Of a stretch of 46,029 bases of DNA, positions 1 to 11,081 are shown piece after piece. The notes beneath the pieces are model-generated. The model saw only the letters and a program-made list of their open reading frames with translations, was not told the DNA's origin and made no database searches. A program made the translations under genes and the position numbers. Position 1 is the stretch's first letter; every line of letters starts with the position of its first letter. The stretch comes from Acutalibacteraceae bacterium (GTDB lineage Bacteria; Bacillota; Clostridia; Oscillospirales; Acutalibacteraceae): assembly GCA_045576955.1 (NCBI GenBank), contig JAZNHM010000102.1:1-46029 (forward strand), written 5' to 3'.

Positions 1-1042
1 ATACGATATATCCGAGTCTGTCGCAATGATAAAGGAATCTGGGTTCAAAAACCTTCTGATGAAGTCTTGCACCGTTGAAACCGACTGCCATTGAAAGTCT
101 GATATCGTTTTCAAGATCTGCTTCAGTCGGTGCGGTGTAAATGCCTTCGGGATAAAATCCCTGGTCAAGAACAAGTCTTTGGAAAACAGACTTGCCATTG
201 ATGAGGAATTTATAATCGTCAAGCTTTACGTTGCGGAGTCCGAAATATGATTTGATTTCGTCATCACCGAAAGTGAGAGTGAGGTCATAAAGTCTGCCGC
301 AACCGACTTCCCAAAGATGGATTTCGGAAAGGTCGATTTCACCTGCAACGGTTGAAGATGCGGTCTTTTCAAAGCTTCCCATTGGCTTGCCGCCGAAGGA
401 TGCTTCTGCAACAAATTCACCTTCACCTTCAACAACAGCGGTAACGGCGAGAGTGCCGTTAAGATAATCGGGGAAAAGCTTGAAACTTTTTATATAAGCC
501 TTGGGAACAAATTCAAGCCACACAGTCTGCCAGATGCCGGTCGTTCTTGTGTAGTCACAGCCGCGTGATTTCAGTTCTTCGCACTGCTTTCCTCTGGGAA
601 CAAGATTGTTTCTTACATCGTCAACAGCATTAACGATAACCGTGTTTTCACCTTCAATGAGGAAATCTGTGATGTCAAGTGTGAATGAACAGTATCCGCC
701 GATGTGATTGCCTGCAAGCTTGCCGTTGATATAAACTTTTGTTTCATAGTCAACTGCACCGAAATGAAGAAGAACTCTGCCTTCGAGCTGAGCGGCGGTT
801 ATATCAAAGTTTCTTCTGTACCATACAGCAGGAATGAAGTCTGTATATTCAATGCCCGAAAGCTTGCTTTCGGGGCAGAAAGGAACGATGATTTTCTTTT
901 CCCATTCAGCTTTGCCAAGAATACCTGCGGCATATTTGCTGTTGCCGAAGTCGAATTCAAAATCCCATTCGCCGTTAAGGTTGAGCCAATTTGCACGTTC
1001 CGATTGCGGATTGGGATGCTCGGGTCTGGGTATGTTAATCAT
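1..1042 (-). CDS. Glycoside hydrolase family 2, N-terminal ~347 aa (runs off window start)
   Basis: Not in ORF track. Manual translation of segments from ATG at 1042 (RBS GGAG at 1052-1055) gives MINIPRPEHPNPQSERANWLNLNGEWDFEFD...GKQCEELKSRGCDYTRTTGIWQTVWLE...FQRLVLDQGFYPEGIYTAP...GFNGARLHQKVFEPRFLYHCDRLGYIV, which are GH2 sugar-binding and TIM-barrel motifs. Confidence 0.92.
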   Translation of the reverse strand, partial: MINIPRPEHPNPQSERANWLNLNGEWDFEFDFGNSKYAAGILGKAEWEKKIIVPFCPESKLSGIEYTDFIPAVWYRRNFDITAAQLEGRVLLHFGAVDYETKVYINGKLAGNHIGGYCSFTLDITDFLIEGENTVIVNAVDDVRNNLVPRGKQCEELKSRGCDYTRTTGIWQTVWLEFVPKAYIKSFKLFPDYLNGTLAVTAVVEGEGEFVAEASFGGKPMGSFEKTASSTVAGEIDLSEIHLWEVGCGRLYDLTLTFGDDEIKSYFGLRNVKLDDYKFLINGKSVFQRLVLDQGFYPEGIYTAPTEADLENDIRLSMAVGFNGARLHQKVFEPRFLYHCDRLGYIV

Positions 1043-1055
1043 AATTAATTACTCC

Positions 1056-1676
1056 TTATTCGTTAAAGAATTTATTTTCAATCATAGCCGCAAGGCAATG
1101 ATATACTGGCAATGTCAGTTCCTGAACCTTGAATGTTTCGGTTTCGGGAAGCTTTATGCATACATCGGAGAATCTTGAAAGAGCGCTTTCTTTTTCTCCT
1201 GTTATTGATATAACCTTCATATCTGCCGCAAGCGCCGTTTCGGCGGCATAGACGATGTTTTCGGAATTGCCCGATGTACTCAGGCAAAGAAGAACATCGC
1301 CTCTCTTTGCATATGCATAAACCTGTTGTGCAAAAATGAGCGACGGTACGGCATCGTTTGAAAATGCGGTTATAAGAGCCGAATGAGTGCAAAGCGATAT
1401 TACGGGCAGACCTTTCTGAAGATTATCGGCAATGAATCCGTCACCGAATTTTTCTTTTTCGCTATCGGAAAGCGGTCTTTTTTTCAGAAAGCCTTTAAGC
1501 AGTTCTCCTGCAAAATGGTCACAGTCGGCGGCTGAACCTCCGTTGCCGCAACAGAGGATTTTTCCTCCGTTCTCAAAGCAATCCGACATAATCTCAAATG
1601 ATTTGAATATATCTTCTCTGCAGGTGTTAAGGGAAGGGTGTCTTTCAAAAAGCTCGCTAAAGATTTTATCTGTCAT
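1056..1676 (-). CDS. SIS-domain phosphosugar isomerase, GmhA (sedoheptulose-7-phosphate isomerase)-like
   Basis: CGNGGSAADCDHFAGEL, STSGNS and QELTLPVYH motifs match the GmhA/DiaA family. 4-nt overlap with the ROK gene. Confidence 0.88.
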   Translation of the reverse strand: MTDKIFSELFERHPSLNTCREDIFKSFEIMSDCFENGGKILCCGNGGSAADCDHFAGELLKGFLKKRPLSDSEKEKFGDGFIADNLQKGLPVISLCTHSALITAFSNDAVPSLIFAQQVYAYAKRGDVLLCLSTSGNSENIVYAAETALAADMKVISITGEKESALSRFSDVCIKLPETETFKVQELTLPVYHCLAAMIENKFFNE

Positions 1677-2629
1677 TTTTTTGCCTCCGCAAAATCCTTT
1701 GCAACTCCGATAGCGGCAAAATCTCCGATTTCGTCACCAAGCATTGCAGGAATTATTGTACAGCATTCTGCTGAAATTGCAAGAGCCTCTTTCTTTATTG
1801 TTTCGTTCATTGCATCGGCAAGAAGATAACCTGAACGCTGATAAATGCTTCCGATAACGATTCTTTCGGGATTAAGAATATCGATAAGAATGGAAATTCC
1901 GAGTCCGAGTTTTTCTCCGCATCTGCGATAGATTGCATTTGCGAGCTTATCGCCTGCAACCGCCGCCTCGGCAATCGTTTTTGCTGTTACGTTGTCACGG
2001 GGGATTGTAGTCACTCCATTATAAATCGAGAGCATTTTCTTGCCCATCACGGCAATACCTGCACCGCTGCAGAATCCTTCAAACGAACCTGCTTTTCCGT
2101 ATGCTGCGGGGCCGTCGGCATCAAGCCTTATGTGACCAACTTCACCCGCAGTGCCGCAAGTGCCCGAATAGAGCTTTCCGTTGAGGATAAGACCCGCACC
2201 CATTCCCGTGCCGAAAGTGAGGAAAATCATATTCTTTGTGCCTTTACCTGCGCCGAACTGCCATTCCGCAAGAGCACACGCATCCGCATCGTTTCTGACT
2301 TTACAGGGAATTGAAAGTGCCTCAGTTATCATATCTGCAAGCGGAACATTATCCCAGTCCGAAAGATTGGGAGGGGACATAATGATACCCTTGTCGCTGT
2401 CAAGCGGCCCCCCGCAGCTTACGCCGCACGCAAGCACGTCGGAAGCGTCAATTCCGTTTCTGTCAAGGATTTCACGCGCAGAGGAAATAAGCTGAGCGAT
2501 TATTTCTTTATATCCTCTTTCGGATTTGGTGTCAAACCTGATTTTATCCTTTATGCTCACCGTGGTTTTTTCGCTGAGAATAACGGCGCATTTTGTGCCG
2601 CCGATATCCATTCCGAGGTAATATTTCAC
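1673..2629 (-). CDS. ROK family sugar kinase
   Basis: GMDIGGTK, NDADACALAE, GTGMGAG, GEVGH and GSFEGFCSG motifs. No HTH. Start moved to GTG at 2629 (RBS GGTGA upstream). Confidence 0.92.
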   Translation of the reverse strand: MKYYLGMDIGGTKCAVILSEKTTVSIKDKIRFDTKSERGYKEIIAQLISSAREILDRNGIDASDVLACGVSCGGPLDSDKGIIMSPPNLSDWDNVPLADMITEALSIPCKVRNDADACALAEWQFGAGKGTKNMIFLTFGTGMGAGLILNGKLYSGTCGTAGEVGHIRLDADGPAAYGKAGSFEGFCSGAGIAVMGKKMLSIYNGVTTIPRDNVTAKTIAEAAVAGDKLANAIYRRCGEKLGLGISILIDILNPERIVIGSIYQRSGYLLADAMNETIKKEALAISAECCTIIPAMLGDEIGDFAAIGVAKDFAEAKK

Positions 2630-2659
2630 AGCAATCACCGCCTGCTTTTGTTTGTGTTC

Positions 2660-2688
2660 ATAATACAACAAAACTGATATTTAGTCAA
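2660..2688 (-). promoter_or_regulatory. Sigma-A promoter of ROK-SIS-GH2 operon
   Basis: TTGACT-17bp-TATTAT on minus strand. Confidence 0.6.
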
Positions 2689-2703
2689 TAATTACCCATA
2701 ATA
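2675..2703 (+). promoter_or_regulatory. Possible sporulation (SigG-like) promoter of DUF421-DUF4363
   Basis: TGATA-17bp-CATAATA upstream of RBS GGAGGGG. No good plus-strand sigma-A promoter seen. Confidence 0.35.
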
Positions 2704-2722
2704 AACCGGGAGGGGTGATTTT

Positions 2723-3400
2723 GTGTCGGTAACTCTGATAAGAGCAACAGTTCTTTACCTAATCATAATTTTTCTTATGCGGCTTATGGGTAAAAGGCAG
2801 ATTGGTGAGCTTCAGCCGTCCGAGCTTGTTATAACGATTCTTCTTTCTGAAATTGCATCAATTCCGATGCAGGATAACCGAGTACCGATTCTCCATTCGG
2901 TTGTTGCCTTGTTAGCGCTTGTTGCTTATGAAATTTTTTCTTCTGCGCTTAGTCTTAAAAGCAACCGTTTGCGTGCGCTGATTCAAGGGCATCCCGTAAT
3001 CGTTATCCGTGACGGTGAAATAGATATGAAGGCACTCGGAAAGCTGAGAATGACGGTTAATGACCTGATATCGTTGCTTCGTCAGAAAGATGTGTTTGAT
3101 ATTTCTCAGGTGTCATATGCTGTTTTTGAGACTAACGGAAAAATCAGTGTTTTGCTTAAACCGGAAAACCGCAATTCATCTGTAAAAGATCTGGGGTTAT
3201 TCCCTGAGGACAGCGGAATGCCGTTTGCAGTTGTTTGCGATGGAAAACTCATTGAAGAAACGCTTGCTGAATCGGGTTTTGAAACAGATAAAATAAATAA
3301 ACTTATTCTTTCAAGCAGAGTGCCGATTGAAAAAATAATGATTCTTACCGTTGATAAAAACGGAATATCATATATTGCTGAAAAGGAAAGTGAAAAATGA
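2723..3400 (+). CDS. DUF421 (YetF/YrbG-like) membrane protein
   Basis: RLMGKRQIGELQP, LRQKDVFDISQVSYAVFETNGKISV motifs, N-terminal TM helices. Confidence 0.9.
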   Translation: MSVTLIRATVLYLIIIFLMRLMGKRQIGELQPSELVITILLSEIASIPMQDNRVPILHSVVALLALVAYEIFSSALSLKSNRLRALIQGHPVIVIRDGEIDMKALGKLRMTVNDLISLLRQKDVFDISQVSYAVFETNGKISVLLKPENRNSSVKDLGLFPEDSGMPFAVVCDGKLIEETLAESGFETDKINKLILSSRVPIEKIMILTVDKNGISYIAEKESEK

Positions 3401-3777
3401 GAAGGGTAGTTGCGGCGATTTTGTTGCTGAGCACGGCGGTGGCGGTTTCCGGTTGGGCGGGGCAAATTTTTAAAACAGAAATGAACCGGCTTTTATCCTC
3501 ACTTAATTCACTTGTTGACACGGCACAAACGGGCTCAGAAGATGAACTTGCAAAAAAAACAGACGAAGTTCTTATTCAATGGGAAAATTCATCGAAAATT
3601 TTGCATTCGCTTGTTATGCATGAAGGTATGGACAATGTTGAAGAGAATATAACTGCGCTTCCGCTGATTCTTGAACATTCAGACCGTGATGAATTCAAAA
3701 GCAAGTGCATTGAGGCAATTAATCAGATTGAAAACCTGCTTAATGCGGAAAAACTCAGTTTTGAAAATATTTTGTGA
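3397..3777 (+). CDS. DUF4363 family protein
   Basis: N-terminal hydrophobic helix, C-terminal E-x-LSFENIL motif, ATGA overlap with DUF421 (a common pair). Confidence 0.8.
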   Translation: MRRVVAAILLLSTAVAVSGWAGQIFKTEMNRLLSSLNSLVDTAQTGSEDELAKKTDEVLIQWENSSKILHSLVMHEGMDNVEENITALPLILEHSDRDEFKSKCIEAINQIENLLNAEKLSFENIL

Positions 3778-3830
3778 ATTTATGCAATTATGTACAAATT
3801 GTAAAATCGGAGAATTCGTTTACGGAAATA

Positions 3831-3859
3831 TTGAAAAATCCTCAGGAAAGTGGTAAAAT
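3831..3859 (+). promoter_or_regulatory. Sigma-A promoter of nfeD-SPFH
   Basis: TTGAAA-17bp-TAAAAT with extended -10 TG. Confidence 0.65.
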
Positions 3860-3909
3860 TATATCAAGCAAAATAAGCTTGAACAAACGGGTAAAAGGAG
3901 GTATGCTTT

Positions 3910-4344
3910 ATGGAGTTTTCTATGTTGATTTTTTGGGTTGTGATGCTTGTTGTTCTGCTTGTTGTTGAAGCGGTAACGGCGCAGATGGTAACAATCTGGT
4001 TTGCTGCGGGTGCGGCGGCTGCCATCGCCGCGGAACTTTTAGGTGCGCAGGTGTGGCTGCAGTGGATTGTGTTTGTTGTGGTTTCTGCGATTGCGCTGGT
4101 TGCCACACGTCCTCTTGTGCGAAAACTTACAAAAACGAGGGTTCAGCCAACCAATGTTGACCGATGTATAGGGCAGACCGCCATTGTTGTTGAAGATATC
4201 GACAATATTGCTGGCAAGGGTCAGGTACACGTCAACGGCATTGTTTGGACTGCGCGTTCATCGGATGGTACAACATTCAAAAAGGATGACAGAGTTACCG
4301 TTGAAAAAATCGACGGAGTAAAGCTCATAGTCAAGGCACAATAA
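3910..4344 (+). CDS. NfeD-like (short, OB-fold) membrane protein
   Basis: N-terminal TM helices, GQVHVNGIVWTARS and VEKIDGVKLIV. Lies next to an SPFH gene. Confidence 0.9.
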   Translation: MEFSMLIFWVVMLVVLLVVEAVTAQMVTIWFAAGAAAAIAAELLGAQVWLQWIVFVVVSAIALVATRPLVRKLTKTRVQPTNVDRCIGQTAIVVEDIDNIAGKGQVHVNGIVWTARSSDGTTFKKDDRVTVEKIDGVKLIVKAQ

Positions 4345-4371
4345 ATAATATTGAATTCAGGAGGATTTATT

Positions 4372-5295
4372 ATGGAATTTATTATTCTCACTATTCTCGC
4401 ACTTGTCATCATAGCGGTTGTTATTTTTAATATCAAAATTGTTCCCCAGTCAAAGGCATATGTTATTGAAAGACTCGGAACATACAGTGCAACCTGGCAG
4501 ACGGGTCTTCACGTGAAAATTCCGTTTATTGAAAGAATTGCAAAGCAGGTTTCGCTTAAGGAACAGGTTGTTGACTTCCCGCCTCAGCCCGTTATCACAA
4601 AAGATAACGTAACAATGCAGATTGATACCATAGTGTTCTTTCAGATAACTGACCCCAAGCTTTTTGCTTACGGCGTTGAAAGACCTCTTACAGCTATTGA
4701 AAATCTGACTGCAACAACTCTCAGAAACATTATCGGTGAAATGGAGCTTGACCATACTCTTACCTCGAGAGATGTTATCAATGCTAAAATCAGAGGTATT
4801 CTTGATGAGGCGACTGACCCATGGGGCATCAAGGTCAACAGAGTTGAACTTAAGAATATTCTTCCTCCCAAGGAAATTCAGGATGCGATGGAAAAGCAGA
4901 TGAAGGCAGAGCGTCAGCGACGTGAAGCTATCCTTACCGCAGAAGGCGAAAAGGCAAGTAAGATTCTTGTTGCAGAAGGTCAGAAGGAAAGCAAGATTCT
5001 TGCCGCTGAAGCAGAAAAGCAGAGTGCTATCCTTGCAGCAGAGGCTATCAAGGAAGCGAAAATCCGTGAAGCTGAAGGTGAAGCGGAAGCAATTCTCAAG
5101 GTTGAACAGGCGAGAGCACAGGCAATCAGCCTTATCAATGAAGCTGCACCCGGCCAGGGTTATCTCACAATCAAGAGCCTTGAAGCTTTTGAAACTGCCG
5201 CAGACGGTCAGGCAACAAAGCTCATTATTCCCAGTGATTTGCAAGGTTTGGCAGGACTTGCCGCAAGCGCAAAGGAAATTCTTTCAGATAAATAA
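4372..5295 (+). CDS. SPFH/band-7 (stomatin/QmcA-like) protein
   Basis: N-terminal TM, VITKDNV, WGIKVNRVELK, QMKAERQRRE, AEGE repeats. ATG 4372 follows RBS AGGAGG. Confidence 0.95.
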   Translation: MEFIILTILALVIIAVVIFNIKIVPQSKAYVIERLGTYSATWQTGLHVKIPFIERIAKQVSLKEQVVDFPPQPVITKDNVTMQIDTIVFFQITDPKLFAYGVERPLTAIENLTATTLRNIIGEMELDHTLTSRDVINAKIRGILDEATDPWGIKVNRVELKNILPPKEIQDAMEKQMKAERQRREAILTAEGEKASKILVAEGQKESKILAAEAEKQSAILAAEAIKEAKIREAEGEAEAILKVEQARAQAISLINEAAPGQGYLTIKSLEAFETAADGQATKLIIPSDLQGLAGLAASAKEILSDK

Positions 5296-5300
5296 AATTC

Positions 5301-5329
5301 AAAGCGGAGTGCCTAATCACTCCGCTTTT
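5301..5329. terminator. Bidirectional intrinsic terminator
   Basis: AAAGCGGAGTG-cctaat-CACTCCGCTTT between convergent genes. Confidence 0.8.
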
Positions 5330-5347
5330 ACTGTTTTTAAAAGTTTA

Positions 5348-5884
5348 TTATTCGTATTTTGCTCTTTCGCCGCCGATGTATTTGGGCCTTGTTTTTGCGG
5401 CAGAAAGCTTTGCTTCTCCGATGGTATTGCTTTCAAGTCGGAGAGGAACAGCAACTCTTTTGAGGTGCATTCCGATAAGAGTTGTACCAATGTCGATACC
5501 CGCATCGGCCTTGATTTCCTCAACTGCAACGGGATTTTTCATCGTCTGCCACGCTGCTGTTGCGAATGAGCCGCCTGCACGTGGATGGGGGATTACGCAG
5601 ACCTGCTCGAGACCGAGTGCGTCTGCTTTTTCTTTTTCAATAATAATTGCTCTGTTGAGATGTTCACAGCACTGTGCGGCAAGGAAGATTCCTTTTTCAG
5701 CGAACACGCTGTTGAGTCCGTCGAAAATCTCTTTTGCAACGTCAAGTGTGCCGCTTGTGCCGATTTTTTCACCGATAACCTCGCTTGTTGAGCATCCTAT
5801 AACTGCAACATCTCCGCTTTTGAGTTCTGCCTTTTCAACAAGTTCTGCTGCCGCTGATGCAGATTGAATGTAAATGTTGTTCAT
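5348..5884 (-). CDS. TIGR01440 / UPF0340 (YwlG-like) protein
   Basis: GCSTSEV, QCCEHLNRA, AGGS, GIDIGTTLIGMHLK and RPKYIGGERA signatures. Confidence 0.93.
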   Translation of the reverse strand: MNNIYIQSASAAAELVEKAELKSGDVAVIGCSTSEVIGEKIGTSGTLDVAKEIFDGLNSVFAEKGIFLAAQCCEHLNRAIIIEKEKADALGLEQVCVIPHPRAGGSFATAAWQTMKNPVAVEEIKADAGIDIGTTLIGMHLKRVAVPLRLESNTIGEAKLSAAKTRPKYIGGERAKYE

Positions 5885-5890
5885 ATCAAT

Positions 5891-6415
5891 TTATCCTTTT
5901 TTGAAAAATTTCGAAAGAGTTTTACTTTTGTCGATTGCAACTGATATTGCAAGTGCCGCAACGATGCCGACGATTCCTTGCATGACATTTGAGAAAACGC
6001 TGCCCGCCGCCGCAAGCCCGTAGCCGAGAATGAGTGCTTCATATCCGAAATATCCGAGCACCATTATTGCTTCCGCAGTAAATCCTGCGCAAAGTTTTGA
6101 AAAGAAATTCTTTTTGCCGCGGAATGCCTTGAAAACAAAGTAAACCGAAAAAGCCATAAGTGCTTTGATTATGAATGTTGCGGGTACATACTGGACATAT
6201 CCCGAAAGAATATCCGCAAGTGCTGAGCCGAGACCTGCGGCAAGCGCTCCGTAAATAGGGGACAGTAAAAGTCCTGACAAAATAACAAAGCAGTCGCCGA
6301 GATTAAAATAGCCGTTAGTTGCGGGTGACGGTATTTTGACTATGAATGTTGCAACGCATATTATTGCCGTAAAAAGTGCTGACGATGCAAGCGATTGAAT
6401 TTTTTTGAGTTTCAT
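5891..6415 (-). CDS. ECF transporter S component (HmpT/PdxU2-like group)
   Basis: Multi-TM protein with IPSPATNGYFNLGD, AGLGSALAD, PATFIIK and NVMQG. Start set at ATG 6415 (RBS GAGAGG). Confidence 0.85.
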   Translation of the reverse strand: MKLKKIQSLASSALFTAIICVATFIVKIPSPATNGYFNLGDCFVILSGLLLSPIYGALAAGLGSALADILSGYVQYVPATFIIKALMAFSVYFVFKAFRGKKNFFSKLCAGFTAEAIMVLGYFGYEALILGYGLAAAGSVFSNVMQGIVGIVAALAISVAIDKSKTLSKFFKKG

Positions 6416-6456
6416 TGGATTTACCTCTCTCAAAAGGTTGAATAAACATATATTAA

Positions 6457-9595
<3,139 letters not shown>

Positions 9596-9600
9596 ACATA

Positions 9601-9635
9601 AAAAATCGGGAGCTGATTTTTTCAGCTCCCTTTTT
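9601..9635. terminator. Bidirectional intrinsic terminator
   Basis: GGGAGCTGA-ttttt-TCAGCTCCC flanked by A and T runs between convergent genes. Confidence 0.8.
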
Positions 9636-9638
9636 GCA

Positions 9639-10913
9639 TCAATTTCTGTTTTTTCTCTCGAGAAATTCTTCGTAAAGCTTCTGCTTCATTTCATCGGTGT
9701 ATTCATAACTCCAGAGATTATAAATTCCGTTGAAGTCCTCAAAGGTTTCATCGGGGTATATTTTTGTCTGACCCAAAACATAGGGCAGGGGAATTTCAAC
9801 TGTACCGTTTGATGCAATATGATATTCCTTTGAAATGTCAATCGCAACACGGTTTGATTCTTGGCGGGGCAACTCTTCGTCAAATTTAATCTGTGTTATC
9901 GCAAAAAGTGCACACTTTGCGTCGGCGAGGCGGTAGAATTCGGGTGATGTACCTGAATGACCGTGATGTGATACCTGAACAACATCACACTTAAGAAAAT
10001 CTCCGAATCTCGGAACAATAACTTTATCGCTTTCAGCCGAAGAATCACCGGGGAAAAGAACTTTGCTGCCCTCTGCCGTCATCATCAGCGATGTTGACGA
10101 ATTGTTGAAGTCTGCAATTGAATTCGGATAAACATCCTCGTGTGTGCAGAGAACATCAAATTCAAGATTGCGTACGCAGAAATGCTGACCTGCGTGGAGC
10201 GTGATGACTTTTATATCGCGGAGTTCCTTGATTTTGTTTTCAAATTTAGTGATGCACGATTTACAGCATTCATCCCAGTTTCCGCTGTCTCTGTGAGTAA
10301 TGGGCGGGAAATTATAATATATTGCTTCAATGTCAACCTCGTCACGGTGGAAATCAAGAATATCCATAAACTTGCAGATATGGTCATCGTGTCCGTGTGA
10401 GAAGAACCATCCGGCAACAACAGGCTTTTTGCCGCCGTTTTGCTTTGTTAAAAACTCAACGATTCTTTTGTCGTCATTAACAGAATACATATGTGGTGTA
10501 TCAATAACAAAAAAGCTTCCGTCCTTGCATCTGATTATGTAGCACATTCCGCAGTCAATCAGAGCGTGGTCAACCTCGAATTGCCAGAGGGTGGTTTTTG
10601 CCGTATCCGCACAGATTTCGGGCTTTGTGTTATACGGCGTGAGATTGGGGTCTGCAACAATTCTCAGCTTTTTTTCGTGTTCGCAGTAATAAACGTGCGC
10701 CGTAACATCAGAACGGTAAGTTCTGAAATAGTTATCTTTTATATTGTTTTCGGCAAAAAGAGTGAATCCTGAATTTTCGAGCAGGTTGCATTGAAGTTCA
10801 TATTCTTCTTTTGTACTGTTCGCAAAGACAATCAGTTCTCTGCCGTTGCCGCTGTCATATCTGCCGGATGTTTCTCTCTTGATAACCGGTATATTTTCAA
10901 AAATATTTTTCAT
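9639..10913 (-). CDS. Metallo-beta-lactamase fold hydrolase (ComEC/Rec2-like) with N-terminal extra domain
   Basis: FVID, SHGHDDH (HxHxDH), NNSS, FPGD and SHHG motifs. Confidence 0.85.
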   Translation of the reverse strand: MKNIFENIPVIKRETSGRYDSGNGRELIVFANSTKEEYELQCNLLENSGFTLFAENNIKDNYFRTYRSDVTAHVYYCEHEKKLRIVADPNLTPYNTKPEICADTAKTTLWQFEVDHALIDCGMCYIIRCKDGSFFVIDTPHMYSVNDDKRIVEFLTKQNGGKKPVVAGWFFSHGHDDHICKFMDILDFHRDEVDIEAIYYNFPPITHRDSGNWDECCKSCITKFENKIKELRDIKVITLHAGQHFCVRNLEFDVLCTHEDVYPNSIADFNNSSTSLMMTAEGSKVLFPGDSSAESDKVIVPRFGDFLKCDVVQVSHHGHSGTSPEFYRLADAKCALFAITQIKFDEELPRQESNRVAIDISKEYHIASNGTVEIPLPYVLGQTKIYPDETFEDFNGIYNLWSYEYTDEMKQKLYEEFLERKNRN

Positions 10914-10946
10914 ATATAATCACCTGCGGTTGAATTATGTGAAATA

Positions 10947-11044
10947 ATTATATCATTTACGTGGTGCAAACTCAACAATAAATTTGAATTAATTGTAAAA
11001 ACAGCCTCATAGAAGTTGCGGCAAAACTTTAATTGTGTTATCAT
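10947..11044. promoter_or_regulatory. Divergent sigma-A promoters (MBL / lipase)
   Basis: Minus: TTGAGT-17-TATAAT (10975..10947). Plus: TTGCGG-17-TATCAT (11016..11044). Both have TG extensions. Confidence 0.55.
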
Positions 11045-11081
11045 AAAAGCGTAACAAATCCGAACAGAAAGGGGCGGTGAT

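Noticed and set aside
226-1178. Short ORF-track calls 226..435, 704..1048, 799..996 and 834..1178
   Set aside because: All overlap the truncated GH2 gene at <1..1042 (-) in other frames.
1056-1676. gmhA as evidence of LPS/ADP-heptose biosynthesis, or DiaA
   Set aside because: No gmhB, hldE, hldD or transferase is visible, and the context is a kinase plus a hydrolase.
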